Under the pieces are notes generated by a model, which saw only the letters and a list, made by a program, of their open reading frames with translations, made no database searches and was not told where the DNA came from. Below, piece after piece: positions 10,604 through 22,289 of a stretch of 64,000 nt of DNA. This stretch comes from Phycisphaerales bacterium (GTDB lineage: Bacteria > Planctomycetota > Phycisphaerae > WQYP01): NCBI GenBank assembly GCA_027451365.1, contig DAIDJN010000019.1:1-64000 (forward strand), written 5' to 3'. How positions within the stretch are numbered: the first letter of the stretch is position 1; every line of letters begins with the position of its first letter. Both the position numbers and the translations under genes were made by a program.

Positions 10604-12070
10604 TCAGGTTCCGACCGGCGTGGCCACCGGGTTGTCTTCCATATCCAGTTCGGCTCCGCTTTCTGTATATTCGAACTGGTGAAGCGTTTCGGGCTTGACT
10701 GTTTTATCCCGCCTGACTCCGGCGATCCATATTATTCCCAGCAGCACGTAAACGCCGAAAATATACGGAAAATAATTTACCGGCGGGGTAGGTACTGGAT
10801 AAACCGTACCGATCGCGGGCACCAGAAGCAGTAAAACCGCCAGCAGGCTCATGAAAATATTCTGAGGTTTCAGTTCGCCGATGCGTTTCAGGTAGACCGG
10901 TGCGGCAATAGAAATGACAAAATAGGCACCGCAGAATCCAAAGGCTCCGAAGGTTCCAGCCCAGTTAAAGGCATCCAGAACCGCCATCTGAAATCCTCCA
11001 ATTCCCATAGCCGCGGTCAGGATTCCTGCAGTCGGAATAATGAACTGCAGGATGGCGAGTGTGGTAATGGCCACGTGCGGGGTCAGGTTATGGTGGTGGG
11101 CTTTGGCGGCCGCCGAATGAAACACGCCCGATCGGCTCATGGAAAAAATAATTCTGGCACCGGCGTTCATGCAGGAAAGCGACAGAGCGAAAAAACTGAT
11201 CATGGCGCCGCCTGAAATGAGGACCCCCAGCCAGGGCAGGTGCATCATTTTGGAAAGCGTGTTCAGTGGCGCGGCGAGTTGATCGAGTGTGGGTTTGTGA
11301 TTTTTTAACGCCAGAGTTTCTATGTAAGTAACCAGTACGAAGAATATCCCCGTCACAATAAGGCTGGTAATGACGGCGCGTGGTATGTTGATTAACGGCT
11401 TTTTAGCCTCTTCACCGAATGCGGTGGCGGCCTCAAAGCCAACCAGACTGAAAATGGCGACCACCACGCCCAGCCCGATGGTGCTCATGGATGTCCCCGC
11501 GAAGGTCAACTGGGATGTATCCACCACGCCGGTGTGTACGGTTACCACGAACATCAGAGCGAGAATAAGCGTGACCGAAATACCCTCCAGAACAAGACTC
11601 ATAATGGTGGAAAGTTTGATATCTCTATAAGCCAGATACCAGGCGATTCCAGCGCACACGGCGAACAGTCCGATGGACAATGCCGAATTGTTGGGCACAC
11701 CCACAAGGCCCAGCAGCACCTTGGCGAAATGCGTGAAGCCGGTTACCCCCGCGATTCCAATGAAAAGATAAGCCCAAATCAGGCACCAGCCCCCAATGCC
11801 GCCTCCGGCCTTGCCCAAGCCGCGCACTGAATAATCATACATGGATCCCGCCGTGGTCGACCGTTTGGCGAATTGATTGAGATTCATGGCCACACACAAC
11901 AGCATGACAGTGCCGAACGCATAGCAAAGCCAGCCCAGACCGCCGGCGGTTCCGAACATCAGGGGAACAATAAGGGCTGCGGTCATGGTGGGAGAGATAA
12001 GCGCGATTGCCTGGGCGAGCACCTCCCAAAAATTCAGACAATTCGCACGCAGCTTCGGTTTGGTGGACAT
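10604..12070 (-). CDS. APC family amino acid/amine permease
   Basis: About 12 hydrophobic segments; AGSMYDY, FSLVGFEAA..GEEAK.P..NIPRA; AGGAG RBS. Confidence 0.9.
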   Translation of the reverse strand: MSTKPKLRANCLNFWEVLAQAIALISPTMTAALIVPLMFGTAGGLGWLCYAFGTVMLLCVAMNLNQFAKRSTTAGSMYDYSVRGLGKAGGGIGGWCLIWAYLFIGIAGVTGFTHFAKVLLGLVGVPNNSALSIGLFAVCAGIAWYLAYRDIKLSTIMSLVLEGISVTLILALMFVVTVHTGVVDTSQLTFAGTSMSTIGLGVVVAIFSLVGFEAATAFGEEAKKPLINIPRAVITSLIVTGIFFVLVTYIETLALKNHKPTLDQLAAPLNTLSKMMHLPWLGVLISGGAMISFFALSLSCMNAGARIIFSMSRSGVFHSAAAKAHHHNLTPHVAITTLAILQFIIPTAGILTAAMGIGGFQMAVLDAFNWAGTFGAFGFCGAYFVISIAAPVYLKRIGELKPQNIFMSLLAVLLLLVPAIGTVYPVPTPPVNYFPYIFGVYVLLGIIWIAGVRRDKTVKPETLHQFEYTESGAELDMEDNPVATPVGT

Positions 12071-12289
12071 AGTAAACTCCTTGTTTGATGAATGCCTTAC
12101 GGGCGCAGAAAGGCACTGATACGCGCAGCGCTCAACCTGTCCCGAATTTTCAGAGTTTCCATCCACCACCGGTGGGCCATCTGCCGGGCTTGCCAGCCCA
12201 GCCGGTAAAACTATCGTTTCCAATCCGCATGCGTGCCAAATGCATATCAGGCCGACACTATCGCAACATCGCAGGGCACAAGCGTTGAT

Positions 12290-12916
12290 TCATTCGGCAA
12301 TGCGCTGGCCCGCCGGCCGAGGCGGGCGCGCGAAAGGCCGGGCTTCCAGCGGGCATGCCACTACAATCAATTCTGCATCCACGTTATTCATCGCATCAAG
12401 CCGGTGAGGGAGGCGGGAATCAAAATGGGCGCTGTCTCCGGCGGAAAGAATTTCCGTTCGTGCGCCCACGGTGACGCGCAGCCCTCCGGAAAGCACAAAA
12501 AGCCATTCTTCGCCCTCATGGGAGTACCGATCCACCTCGGTTCGGCCCGGCGAAACCACCACACGAATGGGTTGTAGATTGAAGCGGCTGGCACCCGTGG
12601 ACAGTGGCCAGTAGGTCTGTCCATTTGCCTCCTGCGGCAGGCCTTTTTCGGCCCGCACCACCTGAATATCCGCGGCAGTATCGGGCGCGCAAAAGAACGC
12701 TCCTACGGCCACACCATACGCTTTAGAAAGTGAAAGCAGCGCTGCCAATGACGGCCTGCGTTCACCGCTTTCAAGTCTTGAAAGTTGCGGCTTGGAAATG
12801 CCGCTTCGTTCGGCGAGCTCATCAAGGGTCCAACCACGGCCTTCACGGATGGAACCAAGCCGGTACCCAAGCTCGGTAATAGATCGCTCTACATCGTTCA
12901 GGGTTACTGGTTCCAT
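12290..12916 (-). CDS. XRE-family HTH plus cupin transcriptional regulator
   Basis: TLDELAERSGISKPQLSRLESG HTH; HEGEEW..VLSG...GDSAHFDS..PH cupin. Confidence 0.92.
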   Translation of the reverse strand: MEPVTLNDVERSITELGYRLGSIREGRGWTLDELAERSGISKPQLSRLESGERRPSLAALLSLSKAYGVAVGAFFCAPDTAADIQVVRAEKGLPQEANGQTYWPLSTGASRFNLQPIRVVVSPGRTEVDRYSHEGEEWLFVLSGGLRVTVGARTEILSAGDSAHFDSRLPHRLDAMNNVDAELIVVACPLEARPFARPPRPAGQRIAE

Positions 12917-12939
12917 GGTCACTCCAAGCACAGCGGCGG

Positions 12940-13199
12940 CTGACTGCTGGCAACAATTTTTGTCTGGCAGTCAACAAATTAGGCACAAAAGTACCTACCA
13001 CAGTGGTAATGCAAAGGGCGTGCCAATCGGGATGGAATCAAGGCTTGTTGGGGTATCATTTTTATGGCAACGCAGAGGACGGGCCATGGCCCGAAGAAAA
13101 ACTGGCGGCTTTGTGTGTGCTTTTCGTGTGCGCTGATCCCCTGAATTGTCTGCACCCAGAAATCAGTGTAGTCTCATTTGCGGTTTGACTGCCAGTAAC
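12940..13199. promoter_or_regulatory. Three related 15-bp near-palindromic operator candidates
   Basis: CTGACTGCTGGCAAC (12940), TTGTCTGGCAGTCAA (12960), TTGACTGCCAGTAAC (13185). Confidence 0.5.
13010..13026 (-). promoter_or_regulatory. Sigma54 (-24/-12) promoter
   Basis: TTGGCACGCCCTTTGCA on the minus strand, GG-N10-GC, about 95 nt upstream of the XRE gene. Confidence 0.7.
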
Positions 13200-13508
13200 C
13201 AACCAACAGAACCACAAATGACACGGATTAAACGGATTGGGGTAATGTACTGGCAGGCGGTTGTCACAGCATTTCCCCCGCAACCGTGATTTTACCGAGT
13301 ATCACCGCGCCCGGATTGGTTACGGCATAGTCGCGATGTGCAATCCGCGGAGCGACACGTTCTGCCAGCGCGCCGCGCGACGGGCATAGCCCGCTAAGTG
13401 GCACGTAAAAGTTGAAAAACGTTCCGTATTTCGGTTTTGTTTCAGCAACGCAACTAAAATGTTGTGAATTTACCGGTGGGCTATGCGTCAGGCTGGACGG
13501 GACCACCG

Positions 13509-14213
13509 TCACAATTCGTCGGGCAGGTTCAAACGGTAGCCCACACCCGTTTCGGTCATGATATACCGTGGCTCAGACGGTTCTGGCTCCAGCTTTTTGC
13601 GAAGCTGGTTCATATAAACGCGCACATAATGAGTCTCAAAAACGTGGGCGGTGCCCCAGACGGCCTTCAGAAGTTGTTGATGTGTCATCACTTTTCCGGC
13701 ATTTCGCATCAGCACTATCAGCAACCGGTATTCATGCGGAGTCAGACGCACCGGATTTCCGCCGACTGTGACAGTTCGCGCTTCCTGATTGACATGAATA
13801 TCACCGATAGACAAATTCGGCGAATTCGGCTGGGCTGTTGCCGCCGCCCGGCGCAGTGCGACGCGTACGCGGGCCAGCAATTCGCCGACGCCGAAGGGCT
13901 TTGTGAGATAGTCATCAGCGCCGGCGTCCAGAGCGTCAATTTTTCCGCGTTCGTGCCCGCGTGCGGAAACGATCAGAATAGGAACCTTGGAAAGCCGCCG
14001 TAGGTCTTGAAGCACCTGAATTCCTTCGCGGTCGGGCAGGCCGAGGTCCAGGATGACCAGGTCCGGCGGCAGCAGGCCAAAAGCTCGCAGTCCTGCTTCC
14101 GCGGTGGAGGCCTCCTGCACGCGGTATTGCTGGCCGGTGAGGGCAATATTCAGGAATCGGCGAATGGCCGGGTCGTCTTCGATTACAAGTATTAATGCTT
14201 TAAAAGCGTTCAT
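13509..14213 (-). CDS. kdpE: Response regulator KdpE
   Basis: REC domain (LDLGLPD, GADDYLTKPF) plus OmpR winged helix; follows kdpD. Confidence 0.95.
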   Translation of the reverse strand: MNAFKALILVIEDDPAIRRFLNIALTGQQYRVQEASTAEAGLRAFGLLPPDLVILDLGLPDREGIQVLQDLRRLSKVPILIVSARGHERGKIDALDAGADDYLTKPFGVGELLARVRVALRRAAATAQPNSPNLSIGDIHVNQEARTVTVGGNPVRLTPHEYRLLIVLMRNAGKVMTHQQLLKAVWGTAHVFETHYVRVYMNQLRKKLEPEPSEPRYIMTETGVGYRLNLPDEL

Positions 14214-16966
14214 TACAGGTCATCTGAACCGCCCGGTGCCTGCGGGTCAAGTGCGGCGGGTATTGTGTGAATGGTCTGGGTGGGGGCGACGGGCAGGTGC
14301 AGTATAAACTCGGCACCACCACCCGCTCGCGGACGGCCGATTATTTGGCCCTTGTGCAATTGCACGATGGCGCGGCAGATAGCCAAACCAAGACCTAATC
14401 CGCGGATCGGGCGGCGTTCGGAATCGCTGTTGCTGTCGGAACTCTGGCCGCGATAGAATTTCTCAAAAATACGGTGCATTTCCTCCGGTGCCAGTCCAAC
14501 GCCGCGGTCCATGACACGAATTTCCACTGAGCTTGCGGTGGGTCTGGCTTGAATTTCGACGGGGGTTTGCACCTGCGAGTGTTCCACCGCATTTTCCAGA
14601 AGATTGGATAGAACCTGTTCAAGTAAAATTGGATCGCCACTTATCTCAGGCAAGCCGTCGGCGACATCCAGCTTAATTTCCCGATCCGCAATCACTTTTC
14701 GCCAGCGGCTGGCCACCGCGACAATCAGCTCTTCTATATCCACCACGTCGCAGTGCAGAATTGCTTTGCCGGATTCCAGTCGCGTCATTTCAAGCAGCTT
14801 TTCAATGAGTTTTTCCATCCGTTGCGATTCGGCCGCAATGGTTGTGATCAGTTCGTTCCGCATTGAAGTGGCCATGGTATGTCCGGCCTCCAGTATGCTG
14901 GTGGCCGAACCAGTTATGGCGGCCAATGGGGTGCGGAGATCATGTGATACCGCGGAAAGAAGTGTGTTGCGCAGCAATTCAAGGTCGGTTCTTTCGCGGA
15001 TGCGCTGACTTTCCTCGGAAAGAATCATGCGTTCCATGGCGACGGCTGTTTGTGCGGTAAAGGCTTCAAGTGTGCGCATCTGGTCCGGATATCCGAGCTT
15101 GGCTGAATCACCAGGCACAAGAATAAGCGCGCCAATCGTGTTCAGCACGCCCTTAAGCGGCAGATACAATCCCTTTGCGGATGGGAGCGTATTGGTCGTT
15201 GCCCCGGCGCGCTGTCCATGCCTGATCACCCAATCGGCTACGCCAAGTTCTTTGTCATCCAGCGTCAGGCCTTTCGAAGCGCAGGCCAGAACGGGCACGC
15301 CAGATGGCGCTGGCCGCAGAATTCCCACGCCGGAATCGAAGAATTCCCCCACATGCCGTACCGCCGTCTGCATGACTGCGGTCTGATCTGAGCATAAAAT
15401 AAGTTCACGGCTCAATTGCAATAAGGCATTCGTGCGCTGTTCGCGCAACCGCGAAAGGCGTTCCTGGTCGCGCAGCCGCGTGGTCAGCGTGCTGATGACC
15501 AGTCCGGTCAGAAGCATAACGCCAAAAGTAATCAGATACTGCGTATCCGATACCGCAAATGAGTAGTACGGACGCACCACAGTATAATCAAAAGCCAGAA
15601 CGCTCAGGACTGTCGTGACTATTCCCGTGGTGCGGCTGTAACGTGCGGATACCCAAAGCACGCCCAGCAGGTAAAGCATAATGACATTGATATCAGACAA
15701 TCCCAACCCATGATACAGACCGATGCCCAGGGCGGTATTGACCGCGACGACGGCCAGGGCAATTACCCATTCGCGCCGATGCCATTCCTTTTTATACGCA
15801 GAGCGGGGTGCCGTGGTGGAGTCCGCATCTTCACGAATCAGGACCAGTTGAATATCACCACTCTGTTGAATTAAGGAATCGATGAAAGATTGTCTGAACC
15901 AGCGGCGCCATCCCCGCGTTGCCGGCTTGCCAATTAAAATGCGATCTACCCCTCGCTTTTTGGCGTAGGCGATAATTTCCAATTCCGGTCGAATTCCGGA
16001 AAGCGATACGCTTTGCCCGCCCAACTGATGGGCCAGATCAAGTGTGTGCGCCACGCGGTTGCGGTCTGCCTCCGACAGCCGCCCATGGGCGCTGGTTTCC
16101 ACATAAAGGGCGATCCATTCGGCCTTCCAGGCCGCGGCCATACGCGCCGCCGTGCGTACGAGATTGACCGAGGATGGACTCGGTCCAACGCAAACCAGCA
16201 CGCGCTGGGAAACCGCGGATAAATCGCGCTGCGTATGCTGCTGGCGAAACGTGTCAATATCCCGATTTATCCGGTCCGCGGTCTGCCGCAGGGCCAACTC
16301 GCGCAGCGCCAGCAGGTTGCCCATTGTAAAAAAGTGATGCAGTGCCGCATCGGCGCGCTGGCGGGCATAAATTTTGCCATCACGAAGGCGTTCAATGAGC
16401 TTTTCCGGCGGTAAATCCACCAGTTGTACTTCAGTTGCTGTCTCGAATATCGAGTCGGGCAAAGTTTCGCGAACCTTCACGCCGGTGGCACGCTCCACAA
16501 TGTCGTTCACAGATTCCAGATGCTGTACATTTAAGGTGGTATACACATCGATGCCTGCGGAAAGCAGTTCCGCAACATCCTGCCATCGCTTGGCATGACG
16601 CATTGCCGGCGCGTTGGTGTGCGCAAGTTCGTCGACCAGAATTAATTCCGGATTGGCGGCCAATGCCGCATCCAGGTCGAATTCTTTCAATATTGTTCCG
16701 CGGTGTTCCACCAGTTTATATGGCAGAATATCCAGCCCCAGAAGCAGCGTTTCGGTTTCCGGACGAATATGCGGCTCGGCATAGCCGACCAGAACGCTTA
16801 CGCCAGCCTCGGCCTTGCGACGGGCTTCTTCCAGCATCGTGTACGTTTTCCCGACGCCCGCCGCGGCTCCAAAAAAAATCTTCAGTTTGCCGCGGCGCTG
16901 ACTCGATTCTTCGTGTTGCGCGTGACGAAGCAGTGAATCGGGATCTGGCCGCTGATTCTCGTGCAT
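14213..16966 (-). CDS. kdpD: Sensor histidine kinase KdpD
   Basis: GKLKIFFGAAAGVGKT, DELAHTN, Usp domain, 4 TM, SHDLRTPL, HATPase. Confidence 0.97.
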   Translation of the reverse strand: MHENQRPDPDSLLRHAQHEESSQRRGKLKIFFGAAAGVGKTYTMLEEARRKAEAGVSVLVGYAEPHIRPETETLLLGLDILPYKLVEHRGTILKEFDLDAALAANPELILVDELAHTNAPAMRHAKRWQDVAELLSAGIDVYTTLNVQHLESVNDIVERATGVKVRETLPDSIFETATEVQLVDLPPEKLIERLRDGKIYARQRADAALHHFFTMGNLLALRELALRQTADRINRDIDTFRQQHTQRDLSAVSQRVLVCVGPSPSSVNLVRTAARMAAAWKAEWIALYVETSAHGRLSEADRNRVAHTLDLAHQLGGQSVSLSGIRPELEIIAYAKKRGVDRILIGKPATRGWRRWFRQSFIDSLIQQSGDIQLVLIREDADSTTAPRSAYKKEWHRREWVIALAVVAVNTALGIGLYHGLGLSDINVIMLYLLGVLWVSARYSRTTGIVTTVLSVLAFDYTVVRPYYSFAVSDTQYLITFGVMLLTGLVISTLTTRLRDQERLSRLREQRTNALLQLSRELILCSDQTAVMQTAVRHVGEFFDSGVGILRPAPSGVPVLACASKGLTLDDKELGVADWVIRHGQRAGATTNTLPSAKGLYLPLKGVLNTIGALILVPGDSAKLGYPDQMRTLEAFTAQTAVAMERMILSEESQRIRERTDLELLRNTLLSAVSHDLRTPLAAITGSATSILEAGHTMATSMRNELITTIAAESQRMEKLIEKLLEMTRLESGKAILHCDVVDIEELIVAVASRWRKVIADREIKLDVADGLPEISGDPILLEQVLSNLLENAVEHSQVQTPVEIQARPTASSVEIRVMDRGVGLAPEEMHRIFEKFYRGQSSDSNSDSERRPIRGLGLGLAICRAIVQLHKGQIIGRPRAGGGAEFILHLPVAPTQTIHTIPAALDPQAPGGSDDL

Positions 16967-16986
16967 AATCGTTTTTCCTTCTGTTT

Positions 16987-17607
16987 TCAGTGGCGGGCGG
17001 TCGCCGGGGTGCTGGCGCTCAGGCGGTCCAGTGCCAGATTCAGCAACAGCACATTCACATGCGGCGATCCAAGAAGCCCAAATGTCCGTCCCCGGCATTC
17101 GTCACGCACCAGATGCCGCACCATGTGGGCCGGCAGCCCGCGTGCCTTGGCTACCCGGTTGACCTGGTAAAATGCGGACGCCGGGCTGATATCCGGGTCC
17201 AGCCCGCTGGCCGAATCGGTTACCAGATCAACCGGTATCGGGCCTTTCTGCGAAGGATCTGCCGCATGCAGCCGCGCCACGCGCCGTGCCACGTCCGCAT
17301 AAAGGGTGGGATTCGACGGCCCGAGGTTTGATCCCGAGCCGCAACCTCCCGTGGCGGCATTATAAGCGGTGTAAGGGACTGGGGATGTAGCGGAGGGCCT
17401 TGGCCAGAAATATTGCGGCCCGTAAAAGTCCTGACCAATCAAACGTGAGCCTACCACTTTACCCCGGGCGTTGAGCACCAGACTGCCGCTTGCCTGCCCG
17501 GGAAACAGCGTGTCAGCCAGAAGCGTGACCGCAAGCGGATAGGCCAGCCCGGTCAACCCCGTCAACACTAGAAATACGATTATGGCACAGCGTAACTGCC
17601 AAAGCAT
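16987..17607 (-). CDS. kdpC: K+-transporting ATPase subunit C
   Basis: [46 protein letters not shown]. Confidence 0.96.
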   Translation of the reverse strand: MLWQLRCAIIVFLVLTGLTGLAYPLAVTLLADTLFPGQASGSLVLNARGKVVGSRLIGQDFYGPQYFWPRPSATSPVPYTAYNAATGGCGSGSNLGPSNPTLYADVARRVARLHAADPSQKGPIPVDLVTDSASGLDPDISPASAFYQVNRVAKARGLPAHMVRHLVRDECRGRTFGLLGSPHVNVLLLNLALDRLSASTPATARH

Positions 17608-17637
17608 TGGATTCTCCTTATGCAGAATGATGTTCAT

Positions 17638-19716
17638 TTATGTCAGGTGCATGGCCACAAGGGCCATATCGATAAGTTTAATACCAATGAACGGGACAAT
17701 CAGTCCGCCCAGACCGTAAATGAGAATATTGTGCAGGAGCAGCTTGCCCGCGGGCAGCGGTCGGTATTTCACCCCGCGCAGCGCCAGGGGAATAAGCGCG
17801 ACTATGATCAGGGCATTAAAGATAACCGCGGACATAATCGCACTGGCGGGCGTGGCCAGATGCATGATGTTCAGTTTTTCCATGGCCGGATAAATGCCGG
17901 CAAAAATGGCCGGAATAATGGCGAAATACTTGCTGACATCGTTGGCGATGGAAAAAGTTGTCAATGAGCCGCGGGTCATCAGCAATTGTTTGCCGATCAC
18001 TATCACTTCAATGAGTTTTGTCGGATTGGAATCCAGGTCCACCATGTTGCCGGCTTCCTTAGCCGCCTGCGTGCCGGAATTCATCGCAACGGCAACATCC
18101 GCCTGCGCCAGGGCGGGAGCATCGTTGGTGCCATCCCCTGCCATGGCTACCAGCCGTCCGCCTTGCTGATATTCGCGAATCAGTTTCAGCTTGGCTTCGG
18201 GTGTGGCCTGGGCCAGAAAATCGTCCACGCCCGCTTCGGCGGCAATCGCGGCGGCGGTCAGGGGATTGTCGCCGGTTATCATGATGGTTTGAATTCCCAT
18301 GCGGCGAAGTTCGGCGAATCGCTCTTTAATGCCGCCTTTCACCACATCCTTAAGTTCTATAACCCCCAGCACGCGGGCACCTTCGGCCACAATCAGCGGC
18401 GTGCTGCCGCGCCGTGCCACAGCATCAGCCTGCATTCGAACTTCGGGGGGCAGCGAACCGCCGACGGAACGCACGTATTCGTCTATCGCGGCCAAAGCCC
18501 CTTTGCGAATTTGTCTGTTGGGCAGGTTGACCCCTGACATTCTGGTTTGTGCGGAAAAGGCCACAAATTCCGCGCCCAGATCATCCATGACCCGTTCGCG
18601 CATTCCAAACTGTTTTTTGGCCAGCACGACAATGGACCTGCCTTCTGGCGTTTCATCAGCCAGAGAGCTTAACTGTGCGCCATCAGCCAACTCCGTATCT
18701 GTGACACCGGGGGCTGTCACAAATGCAACTGCCTGCCGGTTGCCCAACGTAATCGTTCCGGTTTTATCCAGCAGAAGCACATCCACATCGCCCGCCGCCT
18801 CCACCGCGCGGCCGGAGGTTGCAATGATATTGGCCTGAATCATCCGGTCCATGCCGGCAATGCCAATGGCGGAAAGCAGCCCGCCAATGGTGGTGGGTAT
18901 CAGACAAACCAATAAGGCCACCAGCACGGTCATGGCCACCGGTGACCCGCGACCGTTCGCGTGAACGGCATACACGGAAAATGGCAGCAGGGTCATGCAG
19001 ACCAGCAGGAAAATAATGGTCAGCTTGGCCAGCAGAATATTCAGAGCAATTTCATTGGGCGTCTTCTGGCGGCTGGCGCCTTCCACCAGGGAAATCATGC
19101 GATCCAGAAAAGTTTCACCCGGATCGCAGGTCACGCGCACAATAAGCCAGTCGGAAAGCACTCGTGTGCCGCCGGTGACGCTGGACCGGTCGCCACCGGA
19201 TTCCCGAATCACGGGTGCTGATTCACCGGTAATGGCGGATTCATCCACTGAAGCGACACCCTCCGCCACTTCGCCATCTGCGGGGATCGTTTCGCCGGCT
19301 TCCACCAGCAGAATGTCGCCCTTGCGAAGTGTGGTGGCGGGCACCATGTGTGTTGTGGCGTCGCGACGGACTTCGGAAAGTTTACGGGCCGGCGTGTCGC
19401 GCCGTGCGCGGCGTAATGTATCGGCCTGGGCTTTGCCACGGCCTTCCGCCATGGCTTCGGCAAAATTGGCAAACAACACGGTAAACCAGAGCCATACGCT
19501 GATACCCAGAATAAACCCCGCGGGCGCTTCGCCATGGCCCAGGCAGGCCTGAAAGAACAGCAGAGTGGTTAAAATGCTGCCAATGAAGACCACACACATG
19601 ACCGGATTGCGTATCTGAATGCGCGGGTCCAGCTTTTTAAGGGCGTCGACAATGGCGCGGCGTATGATAGCGGCGTTAAACAGGATGGGGGCCGGTTTTG
19701 CGGTTGGGGATGACAT
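17638..19716 (-). CDS. kdpB: K+-transporting ATPase subunit B
   Basis: [20 protein letters not shown]-type motifs. Confidence 0.98.
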   Translation of the reverse strand: MSSPTAKPAPILFNAAIIRRAIVDALKKLDPRIQIRNPVMCVVFIGSILTTLLFFQACLGHGEAPAGFILGISVWLWFTVLFANFAEAMAEGRGKAQADTLRRARRDTPARKLSEVRRDATTHMVPATTLRKGDILLVEAGETIPADGEVAEGVASVDESAITGESAPVIRESGGDRSSVTGGTRVLSDWLIVRVTCDPGETFLDRMISLVEGASRQKTPNEIALNILLAKLTIIFLLVCMTLLPFSVYAVHANGRGSPVAMTVLVALLVCLIPTTIGGLLSAIGIAGMDRMIQANIIATSGRAVEAAGDVDVLLLDKTGTITLGNRQAVAFVTAPGVTDTELADGAQLSSLADETPEGRSIVVLAKKQFGMRERVMDDLGAEFVAFSAQTRMSGVNLPNRQIRKGALAAIDEYVRSVGGSLPPEVRMQADAVARRGSTPLIVAEGARVLGVIELKDVVKGGIKERFAELRRMGIQTIMITGDNPLTAAAIAAEAGVDDFLAQATPEAKLKLIREYQQGGRLVAMAGDGTNDAPALAQADVAVAMNSGTQAAKEAGNMVDLDSNPTKLIEVIVIGKQLLMTRGSLTTFSIANDVSKYFAIIPAIFAGIYPAMEKLNIMHLATPASAIMSAVIFNALIIVALIPLALRGVKYRPLPAGKLLLHNILIYGLGGLIVPFIGIKLIDMALVAMHLT

Positions 19717-19768
19717 GAAATGTCTCCATATGATTAGAGGTATATAAAATGGGGCAATCTGAAGGTCG

Positions 19769-21547
19769 TCAATGCATCATCTGAAAATATTCCGCGATCG
19801 GTCCCAGCGCCAGCGCGGGTAGAAATGTAAGCGCCCCGATCAGCACCACGATGGCGGCAAGCCACACCACAAACAGGGCGTTGTGGGTCGGAAGCGTCCC
19901 CCCGGATACGGGAACAATTTTTTTCCGCCCCAACGACCCCGCGATGGCCAGAACCGGCACAATCAGCCAGTAGCGTGATATCCACATCATGATTGCTCCG
20001 GCCAGGTTGTAAACCAGGTTGTTGGTATTCAATCCGGCAAAGGCGCTGCCATTGTTGTTGCCCACGGAACTCGCCCAATAAAGAATTTCGCTGTAGCCGT
20101 GCGCGCCAGGATTGTTCGTGGCCGCCACTGCGGACGGCACGCAAACGGCCGTTGCCGCGCCCAGCAGCACCAACGCTGGCGGTATCAGGACAATCAGTGC
20201 CGCCATTTTCATTTCAAAGGCCTCGATCTTTTTCCCCAGATATTCCGGTGTGCGGCCTACCATCAGGCCGGCGGCGAAAACGGCGACAATCACAAAGGCC
20301 AGCATGCCATAGAGTCCGGACCCCACGCCCCCGAAAATGATTTCGCCCATTTCCATCAACCACAGCGGTATCAATCCCCCCAGCGCGGTATAAGAATCGT
20401 GCATGGAATTGACGGATCCGTTGGATGCCGCGGTGGTCGCGGTGGCCCAAATGGCGGAATCCGTTACGCCAAACCGCGTTTCTTTACCTTCCATATTTCC
20501 GCCGGACATCAATGCCGAATGGGTCTGGTCCACACCATGAAATACAATGCCGGGATTGGCTGTATGTTCCGCGGCCACACAGCCGATCATAAGCGGTACA
20601 AAAATCAGCAGCATGGTGACCAGCAGAGCCCAGCCCTGTCGCGTGTCACCGACCATTGTCCCGTAGGTGTAACAGAGAGCTGCCGGAATCAGCAGAATCG
20701 CCAGCATCTCTAAAAAATTACTCAAGGCCGTGGGGTTTTCAAAAGGATGCGCGGAATTTACACCGAAAAAGCCGCCTCCATTGGTACCCAACTGCTTAAT
20801 GGCAACCTGTGAAGCCGCGGGCCCCAGCGGCAATATCTGATGCTTCACCCAAACTGTCTGATTCATCAATTTGCCGTCGGTTCCCGTTACCGGATTGCTG
20901 TAGCTGACGGGCTGAACCAGCGGCACGGTCTTATATGGATTCAGAGTCTGCACCACACCCGCAGAAACCAGAGCTATTGCCAATACAAACGACAGCGGCA
21001 ACAGGATATAGACCACGCCGCGGATCAGATCCACCCAGAAATTGCCAAGATTGGCGATTTGCTTTCCGCGAATGCCGCGAATAAGGGCCACCAGTACCGC
21101 CAAGCCAACACCCGCGGAAACAAAGTTCTGCACCGTCATCGCCAGCATTTGTGTCAGGTAGCTAAGTGTGGTTTCGCCGTTGTAGCTTTGCCAGTCGGTA
21201 TTGGTGGCAAAGCTGATGGCGGAATTCAACGAAAGATCAGCCGCCACGCCGGAAAAATGTTGGGGGTTTAGTGGCAGGAACCCCTGAACCCGCTGAAGCA
21301 TGTAAACCGCCAGCGCACTAAGCAAACTGAAAAGCATGACGGCGACGGCATAAGTACTCCAGGTCATGGCCGTGTCGGCGTTAATGCCGCACAGGCGACA
21401 GGTCAGCGTTTCAAGCCATCCGAGAGCCTTTTTCATAAAGTTGGGCCTGCCCTCATAAACGCAGGCCATATACGCGCCCAGTGGCTTCACCAGCAAAAGC
21501 AGCGCTCCAATATAAAGAGTCATTTGTAACCAGGCATTCAAAGGCAT
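19769..21547 (-). CDS. kdpA: K+-transporting ATPase subunit A
   Basis: [46 protein letters not shown]; probable start MPLNAW. Confidence 0.97.
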   Translation of the reverse strand: MPLNAWLQMTLYIGALLLLVKPLGAYMACVYEGRPNFMKKALGWLETLTCRLCGINADTAMTWSTYAVAVMLFSLLSALAVYMLQRVQGFLPLNPQHFSGVAADLSLNSAISFATNTDWQSYNGETTLSYLTQMLAMTVQNFVSAGVGLAVLVALIRGIRGKQIANLGNFWVDLIRGVVYILLPLSFVLAIALVSAGVVQTLNPYKTVPLVQPVSYSNPVTGTDGKLMNQTVWVKHQILPLGPAASQVAIKQLGTNGGGFFGVNSAHPFENPTALSNFLEMLAILLIPAALCYTYGTMVGDTRQGWALLVTMLLIFVPLMIGCVAAEHTANPGIVFHGVDQTHSALMSGGNMEGKETRFGVTDSAIWATATTAASNGSVNSMHDSYTALGGLIPLWLMEMGEIIFGGVGSGLYGMLAFVIVAVFAAGLMVGRTPEYLGKKIEAFEMKMAALIVLIPPALVLLGAATAVCVPSAVAATNNPGAHGYSEILYWASSVGNNNGSAFAGLNTNNLVYNLAGAIMMWISRYWLIVPVLAIAGSLGRKKIVPVSGGTLPTHNALFVVWLAAIVVLIGALTFLPALALGPIAEYFQMMH

Positions 21548-21636
21548 TAAAACTTCTCCGGAAAAAGCATGGCGAAAATCAAATAGCCCAGCATCGCCAA
21601 GGACAACAGTGCACCGAGCCAATCCATCACCGTCAT
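21547..21636 (-). CDS. kdpF: KdpF, 29 aa (MTVMDWLGALLSLAMLGYLIFAMLFPEKF)
   Basis: YL..A.L.PEKF motif; TAATG overlap with kdpA; AGGAG RBS; not in the ORF track. Confidence 0.92.
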   Translation of the reverse strand: MTVMDWLGALLSLAMLGYLIFAMLFPEKF

Positions 21637-21725
21637 GGCCTGTCTCCTAAAATGATGCACAATTTAAGCAGCCCAAGCGTGAGCGCCATAAGTGCAGAAG
21701 TCACACCCAACATAAGCCAGTCCAT
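21633..21725 (-). CDS. 30-aa hydrophobic peptide upstream of kdpF (MDWLMLGVTSALMALTLGLLKLCIILGDRP)
   Basis: GGAG RBS, single TM, ATGA overlap with kdpF. Confidence 0.75.
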   Translation of the reverse strand: MDWLMLGVTSALMALTLGLLKLCIILGDRP

Positions 21726-21787
21726 ATTTTTTTCTCCGGCAACATACGTTTCATGCACAATGCACAAGCCTGTTGTATGTGAACGGA

Positions 21788-21838
21788 TTTCAAGATGCTG
21801 TAAAAAAATCGGCCGGTGGTATCAAGAAACTATCAAGA
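21788..21838 (-). promoter_or_regulatory. Probable KdpE binding repeats
   Basis: TATCAAGA at 21820 and 21831 (11-bp period) plus TTTCAAGA/TGTAAAAA at 21788/21799, upstream of the kdp operon. Confidence 0.55.
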
Positions 21839-22289
21839 CGCGAATCGGTGGATTTTCTTTCGACCGTGGCTGTTTGGTGGGCACCAGCATTCCCGCAGAG
21901 TAAATATAATTATTCGCAAAAGCAATTTTGGCTTTTCGTGAGAAAATTCAGGCTCGGAAAGGGCCAAACTTCTGTTTGGTTGCCAATTCCAATCAAGGAG
22001 TAACCTGCCAGCATCCGATAATTAAATAATGGTGCGATTGTTTGGATGCATTCGACCTAGCAAGCCCGGATGGGCGGATTCGCGTTCCGCCGCAGGCGAA
22101 GAACTGGACATGGACGACCGGTGAGCCGCGAATGATTCGAATTTTCGCAAATATCAAAATTAATGTCTGTTGCGTTTGTGGTTTTAGCTGATTTGTTCGG
22201 CTAAACTAACAAGTGTGTAGAGAGATTTTATTATTCCACAGGCTGTGAGCTTGTTGTAAATCAGCCTGTGATCATTCGGAGACTTCATC

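Noticed and set aside
12222..12240. Second sigma54-like TTGGCACG before the permease
   Set aside because: No GC at the -12 position
21900..22180. c-di-AMP (ydaO) riboswitch upstream of kdp
   Set aside because: Conserved ydaO motifs not found on either strand
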